From the NCBI GenBank assembly GCA_951406725.2, contig OX597829.1, positions 45,570,001-45,634,000 on the forward strand: a DNA stretch of 64,000 nucleotides. The letters run 5' to 3'. The first letter of the stretch is position 1. Each line of letters begins with the position of its first letter. The notes under the pieces are model-generated. The model ran no database searches and was not told the DNA's origin. It worked only from the letters and a program-made list of their open reading frames with translations. A program made the translations under genes and the position numbers. This DNA comes from Octopus vulgaris. Its lineage: Eukaryota. This document shows, one piece after another, positions 24,610-36,272 of this stretch.

Positions 24610-25215
24610 AAACATCCTGGTTATCTCCCTTGTAAGGTTTAGCATCTGGAAATCAGTTTTCCCCCCTTCAATGCCATATCTCCCTAGGGTTTCCTCTTTT
24701 GCAGGCTCTGTACACTTTGAGTGTCCCATACATTTTTATACAATTGCCATCATCCATACAAATCACATGCTCACATCAATGTAATCTTCCCTCTTTGCAA
24801 ACTACATCCAATTTTTCTTATATACAATTTTTTTGTTGTTTTTTTTTCACTCAGGTCATTTGCTTTCTTTTATTTGCCTACACCAATATCAAACATCTAC
24901 AGAAGCATGCTTGTTTCTTTTCTCTCTAACCTTCACAAATCCCCTGCGTTCAAAGTCCACGTCTCATACTCATGTAGCATAGCACTTCACACAACACACA
25001 AGCATCCTACAATTTGTTCTTCACTCACTGGGAGAGGCCTTTTGTTGCTAGCATAATTAGTTGCACACTGAGCTGTTTTTTTTTTACCTGTTTCTACTCT
25101 GGCTAGTATGTTCTCTGAGCATTCACCACCACTGCCAAATAGGTCACCTAGGTAACAGAAACTATCGGCTACTTCTAGGAAGTCATTAAGGCAGCTGAGA
25201 GAATCTATTTCATGA
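24610..25215 (-). pseudogene. RTE-clade LINE reverse transcriptase/C-terminal fragment
   Basis: LEVADSFCYLGDLFGSGGECSENILARV matches the RTE V..F.YLG...GG......AR pattern; frameshifted. Confidence 0.8.
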
Positions 25216-25264
25216 GTGATCTTCATTCTTATAAATATTTAAGTACATGTGTGTGTGTTTGTGC

Positions 25265-25389
<125 letters not shown>

Positions 25390-25849
25390 TATGTATGTAT
25401 GTTTGTTTCTTTTCCTTTTTATCTCTGCTATGTTTATAGACAAACTTCCTTTGGTCACGAATGATCATGGGATTACACCTAGAAAGTTCCCTTCCGAGTT
25501 ACAAGTCCAGGAAAGGTTGTTTATGGATGACCAGCAGTCGCCCATGCATACCAGTCTCCCCTCTCCACACCACTAATGTTATCCAAAGAAAAGGAAAATT
25601 CTTTCTCTGAAGAAGGAGGTGGTTCCTTACAAAGATACAAAGCTCCATCATTGGAATGTAGATAACAAAAACATCACTTTTGAAACCTGAAGAAAATTCT
25701 AGCATAGCTTCACCGTTCTGATTACAGATTGTATTTGTTATGTGCGAATCAGTTGGTTGATTTGTTTTACTGAAAATCCAAGCTTATCCGGACTGACAGT
25801 TAGGCATTTGCTTACAAAACCAAGTGCACCAATTATTATTGTTATAAAT

Positions 25850-26370
25850 ATAAATTTGTAATCTGAATATTAGATGCTGGGGGTTTTGAAGCAGTTGTGT
25901 CCATAATTATCTTCTATCTTTTTGATTTTCAAAGAGATATTCACATCAGCAGGACAGCTACGACAGTACATGTTTCTAATCTGTCTCAAACAACAATATC
26001 TGGCTTGTTATGCACATGAAAGTGATTGAAATAGACGTGAGGTTGACAGATGTTTTGATAGGATTCTCTATATTTATTCTAGGACAGAATTTTTTTTCTG
26101 GATGACATTATATATTGTTTTAGCGACAACTTCATGTCGCATAGGGAAATAGTACCTTGATATTTTTGAGCCACTGCTAATCACACATGTGATGTCTTTC
26201 AGAGAAATATGACACAATCTACATTTACAGTTGCAGCTTGAAACTCCAAGGGCTTTGCTGTCCCTTTTGATTTTTAGGTATTTAGTAGCAATCTCCTGTT
26301 CTTGGATTGCAAATGCATAGCCTTTGAAATGTGATGACTCTAAGAGAGGCTTTGGTTCATGTCAATGGTA
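25850..26370 (-). pseudogene. R4/Dong-like (RLE-clade) LINE C-terminal fragment
   Basis: Peptides KGYAFAIQEQEIATKYL, RYYFPMRHEVVAK and HNKPDIVV (RHD and PD motifs of the restriction-like endonuclease). Confidence 0.75.
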
Positions 26371-26388
26371 TTGTCTTACTCTCATTTT

Positions 26389-26795
26389 TCTTTTACTCTC
26401 TTTTGCTTCTTTCAGTCATTTGACTGTGGCCATGCTGGAGCACTGCCTTTAGTCGAGCAAATCGACCCCAGGACTTATTCTTTGTAAGCCTAGTACTTAT
26501 TCTATCGGTCTCTTTTGCTGAACCACTAAGTTACGGGATGTAAACACACCACCATCAGTTGTCAAGCGATGTTGGGGGGACAAATACAGACACACAAACA
26601 CATACACACACATACATATATATACATATATATGACGTGCTTCTTTCAGTTTCCATCTATCAAATCCACTCACAAGACTTTGGTCAGCCTGAGGCTATAG
26701 TAGAAGGCACTTGCCCAAGGTGCCACGCAGTGGGAATGAACCCAGAACTATGTGGTTGGTAAGCAAGACACTTACCACACAGCCACTCCTGCGTC
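26389..26795 (-). mobile_element. SINE family A
   Basis: Homology to other copies. Confidence 0.9.
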
Positions 26796-27118
26796 TTTAA
26801 GATTTTGGGAAACATATCCATGCATAGTCTATTTTTGTTGTGCAGTGTGCGTCCCCTTCAGGTTTTCTTTGAGGGATGCTAGTCCAGCTGTTTGGGGGAT
26901 GTATGGGTGGTCCCCAGGAAGAGAGAGCATCCTGAAGAGTTTGCTTCCAGCATGCAGGATATTGCTTTCTTCACTTTTCATTTATATGTATGTTTGTGTG
27001 TGTGTGCGTGCGTGTGTGTGTGTGTGTGTGTGTGTATGTGCATGTGTGTATGTATGTATGTATGTATGGATGGATGGATGCATGTGCGTATGTATGTATG
27101 TATATATATATATATATA

Positions 27119-27721
27119 TCTACTACATATGTGGGAAATTCTGTCTGTGGGTGTGTTTGTCTGCGGAGTTGTTAGCTAAACTCCTCCTACGTTATTTTGT
27201 CGATTTTGATGAAACTTTACATGTGAGTAGAACTCATGTCTGGAAACCTCATAGCATACTCAGATTGTTGAAAAATCGATAATAGGACACCTTGAAGGAT
27301 TCTTATATATAACTAATATATTTTATTTTAATAGCCAAGAGAAATAACCCATTTATTTTCCTATATTATTTGGTATAAATCAATTTGAGTATGCTTATTT
27401 CTTAGTATTTGAACTGTTAGAGTTATTTTCACAACTTATCCAGTACAAACCTTAAACAAGTATATAAAATTTTTCTAAATAGTAAATCCACTTATTTAAT
27501 GAATATACCATGAATGACGATGCTTTTCATGTCAATTCAGCCAATTGACAGGTGCTGCTTGAAGAACTGTTCTACTTTTAGACAAATGCTCTGTCAACAC
27601 AAAGGTCGCACCCTGTTTACATGTAGGAACACCTTCTTAAAATCTATCTGTACATCTTGAAAATGGCCAGCGTGTATATTTCACAGAAGACAATGCTCAA
27701 AATGTAGTTCTGAATCCATGA
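27119..27721 (+). mobile_element. Helitron derivative retaining a RepHel peptide
   Basis: 5' TC after (TA)n; GATTTTGATGAAACTT motif shared with the other Helitrons; 27641-27718 encodes NLSVHLENGQRVYFTEDNAQNVVLNP. Confidence 0.65.
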
Positions 27722-27799
27722 GTAACCACTTTGCAGTGGGACTGAACCCAGCACCATGTGGCTTGTAAGTAAGTTACCACACAGCCACTCCTGCTTATA

Positions 27800-27912
27800 T
27801 ATATATATAGTATATAAGTAAAAGGGCAGGCAACAGGTTGCTCTGCCGCATTCCGAAAGAATGCGGCAGAGCAACCTGTTGCCTGCCCTTTTACTTATAT
27901 ACTATATATATA
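27800..27912. repeat. perfect inverted repeat, 54-bp arms, 5-nt loop (CGAAA)
   Basis: 27800-27853 is the exact reverse complement of 27859-27912. Confidence 0.97.
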
Positions 27913-28315
27913 CTGAACTCTACAGAAGTTCCTGAAGCTAAAAGTCATATTTACATACCGAAATCTACCGGTAAATAATTGTTGGTTGTCTGAAAAACCA
28001 TCGAAAAATTTAATTACCCTTTTATTATATATATATATATATATATAATATATATATAAAGCTAACACCCATATCTCACGTACCTTATCATATATATCAT
28101 CAGCATGTACCCACCCCATGTCTGTTTACCATACTATATTCACCCCTATATAACTTTCACCTTATTCACTCTGGCACTATAAGTCTCTTTTCCTCCTCAA
28201 ACTCTTGCAACCATTACCCACCTACTCCTACCCGCACCTCCCCACCAAATTCAAATTTTTTCCCTATCTACAGTTTCATTATTAATCTGCTTCTTTTCAC
28301 TAAAACAAGTAATAT

Positions 28316-28352
<37 letters not shown>

Positions 28353-28355
<3 letters not shown>

Positions 28356-28753
28356 TCTTTTACTCTTTTACTTCTTTCAGTCATTTGATTGCAGCCATGC
28401 TGGAGCACCGCCTTTAGTCAAGCATATCGACCCCGGGACTTATTCTTTGTAAGCCCAGTACTTATTCTATCGGTCTCTTTTGCCGAACCGCTAAGTGACG
28501 GGGACATAAACACACCAGCATCGGCTGTCAAGCAATGCTAGGGAGACAAACACAGACATACAAATGCATACACACAAACATATATATATATACATATATA
28601 CGACAGGCTTCTTTCAGTTTCTGTCTACCAAATCCACTCACAAGGCATTGGTCGGCCCGGGGCTATAACAGAAGACACTTGCCCAAGATGCTACGCAGTG
28701 GGACTGAACCCGGAACCATGTGGTTGGTTAGCATGCTACTTACCACACAGCCA
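28353..28753 (-). mobile_element. SINE family A
   Basis: Homology to other copies. Confidence 0.9.
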
Positions 28754-28924
28754 ATATATATATATATATGGGAAAAAACAAGAAGAAACTGGAGAAGAAA
28801 CGGATGTATGAATAATTTTTTTGTATGTTGCAAAAAGGCGAAAGTTACTTTTAAAAAACATAACAATACAAATAAATTGATTGCAGGTTGAAAGTTCATA
28901 AAATAAAATAAAAATAAAATAAGG

Positions 28925-29045
28925 AACCTACATATATGTTTCAGTTCTATCACTGAGTTGATTGGAATTTCCAAGCATTTTAATACTTTAATACTAAGAA
29001 AGGTACCATATTCTAACTATATGGTGGTGGGACTTCTTCAGGGTT
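28925..29045 (-). ncRNA. type-I hammerhead ribozyme with intact core and extended stem II
   Basis: AACC-CUGAAGA(29041-29035)-AGUCC...GAACU-GAAA(28942-28939)-CAUAUAUG-UA-GGUU. Confidence 0.6.
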
Positions 29046-29853
29046 GGCATAGAGCTCTTGGGTCTTTGGTAAAAGTAACTTTCATCTTTTTGCAGCATAC
29101 AAATAAATTATTCACTCAACCATTTCTTGTTTTTCCCCCCAATATTAATTATTTCAATAACCATAACATATACCAATGACTTTCGCATTATATGATAGGG
29201 ATTAAACCAGTGGAATACCTTGGATTATGTAATCCCTAATGATGACTTAAGTAACTATATATATATATTTTTGATGTGACTCTACCCTATACTGTTTTCT
29301 CCCCCTATCATTTTCTCTCACATCCTTTCTCAAATTCCTTTTCTCCCCTTCACCATTGTCTATCTGTCTCCTTCTCCCCCTCTTTCTCCTTTACTCTCTC
29401 TTGTTGCACACATGTGACCATTATCCATCTTTCTTTTCTTTCAGGGCTGTCCTAAAGACTGGACATATTCTATCTCTCTCCTATCTTTTCTTTTGTCAAA
29501 GAAAATATTTCTCCAGCATTCACTATTTTACCATCATTCTGGTCTAACGACCCTCCATGTTTGTTTTCGTTCGGTTTCCTTGTATGTCTCCACTATCCTG
29601 TTTTTGTTCCCAATTTTGACCCTCCATAAATCCCAAATTTTATTTTGGGACTTATGGGAGCAACTCTCTTTGAAGACTCATATTGTTTATTAGAGCTTGA
29701 AATTAGGAGTAGATAGACAGCTGACAACTGACGAAGGGTTGTTCTTTATGTTACTTGTCCTGTTTTCCATTTGCTTCTCTTGTTGCTTGTGTAGTGAACT
29801 CATTATTTTCGTATTTCATGTTGTTTACTGTTTGTGATGTTCTGTACCCATAC

Positions 29854-29902
<49 letters not shown>

Positions 29903-29959
29903 CATACACACGCATATGTATGTATGTATGTATGTATATGTATATATATATATATATGT

Positions 29960-30342
29960 ACAGATGTGACTATGTGGCAAGAAGTTTGCTTCCCAACCAC
30001 ATAGTTCCAGGTTCAGTCCCACAGAGTGGCACCTAACATATACCTTGGGCAAATGTCTCCTACTATAGCCCTAGGCTGACCAAAACCTTGTGAGTGGCAT
30101 TGGTAGACAGTAACTGAAAGCGTGTCGTATATGACTTTGCGTCTGTTTGTCCTCTACTACCGCTTGACAACAGGTGTTGGTTTGTTTACCTCCCCGTAAC
30201 TTTAGTGGGTCAGCAAAAAGAGACTGCTAGAATAAGTACTAAGTTTAGGGGAAAAAAAAAAAAAGTTCTGAGGTCAATTTGGTCAACTTAATCCTTAAAG
30301 CGGTGACCCAGCATGACTGTTGTAGCCTAATGAATGAAACAA
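29960..30342 (+). mobile_element. SINE family A, older copy
   Basis: Diverged homology. Confidence 0.8.
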
Positions 30343-30479
30343 ATGTGTGTGTGTGGGTGTATGTATGCATGTGTGTGTATATACACGTATATGCTCATAT
30401 ATATATTTGGTGTCGTGTATGTGGCTAAATTTCTGCACGATATTCTTTTCTTTCTTTCTGTTTTCAAATTTAAACTGCT

Positions 30480-30830
30480 TAAGATCCAGCCAATAACCGG
30501 CTTCATTGGTGGGGGTGGGCAGAGCCTTTTCTGTCGATGGAGAATATAATCGAAACGTTCAACTGTAAAAAAAAAAAAAAAAAAAAAAAAGGAAAAAAAA
30601 AAAAACAGGTTTTTTGCTGTGGTCTAATTTCGAACTGGTAAAATATTGTATAAGCGAGCTGTGCTGTTAAGATAAAATAATGAATAAATAAATAAACACA
30701 CTTGCTACCCAAACCAGCGTAACCTTTTGTTCAATACAATAGTCGGTGACTCATGGTGCATAACTGCTTCCCAGCGGCACGGTGTTTTTCTGTGTGTGTG
30801 GGAGTGACTATCATAAATAGTCGGTCCTAT
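30480..30830. promoter_or_regulatory. candidate promoter/enhancer motif cluster
   Basis: CCAAT 30490-30494, ATTGG 30505-30509, GGGGGTGGG 30511-30519, TGACTCA 30747-30753, at the edge of the CpG-retaining domain. Confidence 0.3.
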
Positions 30831-31296
30831 TACAGTAACTATTATTATAAGCTTATGTATGTGTTACAAAAACAACAACAATAACGAGAAAAACGATACA
30901 AAAAAACAAAAAAAAAAGAATACAAAAAAAAACAAAAATACAAAAAAAACTAAACAATATGTAAAAAACGAAACACGCACGCTCGCACGCACACACATAC
31001 GGCACAAATAAAAAAAATTTAAAAAGTGGAAAAAAATATAAAAAATGCAGCCGGTTTCTCTGGTGCGTATATTTGGCTAAATTGAACTCAAGAGTTTAGA
31101 GGCCATCGTTATTAGACAACTTTCTTAATGTCAAGTAATATATACATTAAGAAAGTGAGTTTAAGAACTGACACATGCGTAAATAGTTTCCTTTTCCTTT
31201 TCTTCTCTTTTTTTTTCTTTTCCTTTGGTCTTGTCCCTGGCATTATTTAACCACTTCAAACGATGGTGCGACCAATGTTACTTCCATCAAATAACT

Positions 31297-31943
31297 GTTT
31301 CTTTATTGCCCACAAGGGGCTAAACATAGAGGGGACAAACAAGGACAGACAAACGGATTAAGTCGATTATATCGACCTCAGTGCGTAACTGGTACTTAAT
31401 TTATCGACCCCGAAAGGATGAAAGGCAAAGTCGATCTCGGCGGAATTTGAACTCAGAACGTAAAGGCAGACGAAATACCTATTTCTTTACTACCCTCAAG
31501 GGGCTAAACACAGAGAGGACAAACAAGGACAGACAAACGGATTAAGTCGATTACATCGACCCCAGTGCGAAACTGGTACTTAATTTATCGACCCCGAAAG
31601 GATGAAAGGCAAAGTCGACCTCGGCGGAATTTGAACCCAGAACGTAACGACAGATGAAATACCGCTAAGCATTTCGCCCGGCGTGCTAACGTTTCTTATT
31701 TCTTTATTGCCCACAAGGGGTTAAACATAGAGGGAACAAACAAGGATAGACAAAGGGGTTAAGTCGATTACATCGACCCCAGTGCGAAACTGGTACCTAA
31801 TTTGTCGACCCCGAAAGGATGAAAGGCAAAGTCGACCTCGGCGGAATTTGAACTCAGAACGTAACGACAGATGAAATACCGCTAAGCATTTCGCCCGGCG
31901 TGCTAACGTTTCTTATTTCTTTATTGCCCACAAGGGGTTAAAC
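31297..31943 (-). mobile_element. SINE family B tandem array (3 units plus a tail fragment), CpG-intact
   Basis: Units about 31297-31478, 31479-31695, 31696-31912. Confidence 0.92.
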
Positions 31944-32738
31944 GGTTTCCGGCCTCAAGAAAGCCGGTAATAGATATTGAGGTGGGGGCGAAAAGCATTT
32001 GAAATTGGAGCGCAGAGCCGGCACGGGTACCGGAAAGTGCTTTGTCCGACTCGCTAATAATTCCGTTACATACCCTCAGATTGGTACTTACAGATGTAGT
32101 AGCTAGTCAAATATAACGAAAGGCAAAGATAGCTTTTAGGCGAAATTTGAACTCAGAACATAGAGAGAGAGCTTGGAAAGAATACCGCAATGTCCAATGG
32201 CACACATCAACATGAATACTTGATAGGAGTGAGTTAAAAGGAATTGCGCTCAATCGGCGCTCAACCACCTGTCCAAGTCAGAATGCTAGTGTAGTTTCTA
32301 TACTTTTGTATATATAATAATTATGTAACAAACACACGCATATGTATATTTTAATGAATACCATTTATTTATGCCTGAATACAAGTTTCACTTGGATTGG
32401 CTTCAATTTTTTTTAGAGGGAAATACCTCCGTTCCCCATTGTGCGCGATTGAAGGAGAGTCGTATGCTTTTGTTGGGTAGTGTTTTTGTCCATATACATT
32501 TGTGAATTACATTCTCAATGAATAAAGGGATTCTGTTTCTTCCCGCTTCTTTCTTTTTTCTGTTTATGTTCATACATACCCACTGTATGTGTATGTGTGT
32601 ACGTGCGTGTAAGTTCGTATGGGTCTGTCTGCATGGGTGCATATAATCGTGAGAGTGCCTTCATTAAAAGAATTCACCTTAGTTATTATATATACAGTTG
32701 TTTTTGTTGTTTACTCCAATCGGACAGCCTGGTCTTAC

Positions 32739-32874
32739 CAACAGTGATCATACCGGCCTTTTTTTTTATTGGAAGATTGGGGTTATTGGGAGTGAAGGAG
32801 ATATCGGTTCGATCAGAAACGAGTGCTGCGCGAACTTGTAACGGCCACTTGATCGTGTTACCCACGGGGTCCAT
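32739..32874 (-). CDS. candidate first coding exon, unidentified (MDPVGNTIKWPLQVRAALVSDRTDISFTPNNPNLPIKKKAGMITV)
   Basis: ATG at 32874, open for 45 codons plus 1 nt, donor TTG|GTAAGA at 32738; unique CpG-rich sequence; no homology recognised. Confidence 0.3.
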
Positions 32875-33050
32875 TTCTGTCTGTCTGTCTGTTTCTTTGC
32901 TAATCTCCTCCTTTTCTCTCATCGGTTTTTTAATGAAATAAATCAAATAAAAACTTTTCAGGTAAGAAATGAACGATTAGACGAAAGAGCGAAAAAAAAA
33001 AAAAAAAAACAAAGAAAAAAAAAAAGGACTTAAAATTACAGAACCCTGTA

Positions 33051-33221
33051 GGCGCAGGAGTGGCTGTGTGGTAAGTAGCTTGCTAACCAACCACATGGTT
33101 CCGGGTTCAGTCCCACTGCGTGGCATCTTGGGCAAGTGTCTTCTGCTATAGCCCCGGGCCGACCAATGCCTTGTGAGTGGATTTGGTAGACGGAAACTGA
33201 AAGAAGCCTGTCGTATATATG

Positions 33222-33252
<31 letters not shown>

Positions 33253-33461
33253 TTGTGTGTCTGTGTTTGTCCCCCTAGCATTGCCTGACAACCGATGCTG
33301 GTGTGTTTATGTCCCCGTCACCAAGCGGTTCGGCAAAAGAGACCGATAGAATAAGTACTGGGCTTACAAAGAATAAGTCCCGGGGTCGAGTTGCTCGATT
33401 AAAGGCGGTGTTCCAGCATGGCCGCAGTCAATGACTGAAACAAGTAAAAGAGTAAAGAGTA
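33051..33461 (+). mobile_element. SINE family A, full length, CpG-intact reference copy
   Basis: GGCGCAGGAGTGGCTGTGTGG...GGGTTCAGTCCC...GTAAAAGAGTAAAGAGT. Confidence 0.95.
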
Positions 33462-33754
33462 ATATCGTTGACAGATATACAGAAAGGCATTGATAGATAC
33501 ATAAGTCGGAGAGAAAACATAAGTACATAAGTATAGAAATGACGGTATATGTTGTCTAGTCCTTGATACCCCTAAGCAAAGCTTTCTACACCCGACTATT
33601 TCATCATATTTTCCGACATTGTATCCAGGATAACATTATCCAGTGTATTTTCCCTGTTTTTTAAACATTTACAATATGTTTGAAGTAGAATCTGACTGTT
33701 GTTTCTAGCACTTCGAGTGACCACGTTGAGTCTGGTCCGATAAACAGACGAACA

Positions 33755-34055
<301 letters not shown>

Positions 34056-34165
34056 AAATTGAAATAGAGAGAGAGAGAGAGTGAGAAAAATAGAGAGAGA
34101 GAGAGGGGGGAGATACTGATAAAAAAGATATGACGACTCAATCGATAGGTAGATAGATGGAGAGG

Positions 34166-34210
<45 letters not shown>

Positions 34211-35178
34211 GAAAACGAAAGCAACAAGCAATCATTGAGAGGAATAGTTTGAGTTGACAATAATAACCATTACACACTCATAATATGGGTGGGGTGGAAG
34301 AATAGGGCTGAAAAGAGAGAAACAGAAAATGTAAAAGATGTGTAGGAGGTGGATAGTGAAAAAAGTAAAGAAATAAAGCAATAATACGGAGAGTGGGGGA
34401 GGAGGGAGAGTGGTAAGAATTAGAAGGAGGAGGAGGAGGAGAAGAAGAAGGTGAAAGAGGTGTGTGTATATGTATACAAAAGGAAAGGCAAGTCGTTGCT
34501 GACGAGACGGCAATATATGACAAAACGACAATCAAAAAGAAAAAAAAAAGTGAGAAAGAAAGAAAGAAAGTGAAAGGTGAAGTGAAAGAGGGAAAAGAAA
34601 AAGGAAAAGGAAAAAAAAATTGGCAGTTAAGCAAGAATTTTCATTCAATGGTCAGCAGCAATGGAGAGAAGAAACAACCGGAGGTCTGTGCTTGGGGACA
34701 GGAGGAGTTTAGTAATGGACAGTAAATCTATGGATAAAGAAGGTAGGGATATGTAGATATATATATGTATATATATATTTGTGTGTATATTTATTTATTT
34801 ATTTACTTACCTATATCTATCTGTCTATCTATCGTATGTTAGCTACCCCCCGAAAGAAGGATGTTTTTGTTGTTGTTTTTAAAGGGTTTCATAGGGGTAA
34901 GAAAAAGAAAAAAAAAACACAGGGAGAAGTTTCTTTTTCTTTCTTTCTATCTCTGTATATTGCGCGTGTATGTATATATATGTATATATAATTTTCAAGT
35001 GCGAATTAAAACGAGAATTTATATGCGCACATATCTTGTTACAATATTTCTAATTGTCCGCATGTACATAGACAGTATACGTGCATGGAATGTGTGTTTA
35101 GCATGCATACTTTTGTCTGCATGTATAACATTTTCAAATACATACAAAAATAATTTGAGTTGCTCTGTACATATTTTC

Positions 35179-35257
<79 letters not shown>

Positions 35258-36227
35258 GTTTATAAACATATGCACGTTCCTCATCAGATTTTTTTTTCAT
35301 CCCAACAACACCGTTTCTCCTTAAAACGGCACATAAGCCTTAATTAATAATCGTTTATAATTAGCAAGCATCACACTATTTCACCTGTAGTTAGTTGTTA
35401 TTTTTAGTCAAATATGAACCGAGTTTCTCTTTTAGCCCCGACTATGTTTTGATAAAATGGACCCTTGCTAGAAATCGTTTTAGTCTTGGTCATCCCATCT
35501 TTGTTTTTCATATAGAACTTCGTAATCCTTCCTACATGCCCAAGAATTGCCATTTCCACTTCTCAGCCTTTTTTTAAATATATATATATATATTTAAATG
35601 ATTGATTGTAAGGTGTGATTTAAGGAAATTTTGTCGACATTCATAACCGGTTTTTGCGATTACGTAGAGACAAATTAAATACAAAACAATGCTGGTTGTG
35701 TTATATTACTCCAATCATTACACCGCTATTTTATTATAATTCCCTTCACATCTAAGATGTTTTATAGAAATATTAAAATTTTTCTCCCCACTTCTACGTA
35801 ATTTTATCGATACCGGAAGAATGTAAAATCAAAGTAAACCCCGGCGGAATTTGAACTCAGAACGTCAAGGGCCGTAACTAAATGCTGCTACAGGAGCAGG
35901 CATTTTAGTCCGACGCTGAAAACCATTCTTTAAATCAACCACCTGTTCCAATTGTATTTATATTCTGGGTGTTGCTGATGTTACGAATGATTTTGCTGCT
36001 GTTGTTGTTGTTACTGTTGTTTGTGTATATTACGGAATCGGCAATTATTGTTTCTGGGGTGGGTGCGAGGGGGGTCGAAAGCTAGGCGTTTAAGAAAGCC
36101 GGTCTAAATGTATCATACAACATTCCACTACTTTCTTTTCCTCGGTGTTGACGTTATTTTTCGTGTCTCTAGTGTTTCATATAGTGACTTCGAAGTTTTG
36201 GTTTGCTCACCTTGATGAGACTACACA

Positions 36228-36272
<45 letters not shown>

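Noticed and set aside
32845-32860. Resemblance of the nearby KWPLQV peptide to the REC114 N-terminal WPLQ motif
   Set aside because: Only four residues match and the downstream sequence does not fit
33051-33125. tRNA gene (also 20400-20480 and 22290-22365)
   Set aside because: A/B boxes are present, but there is no complete cloverleaf and each continues into a multi-copy SINE body
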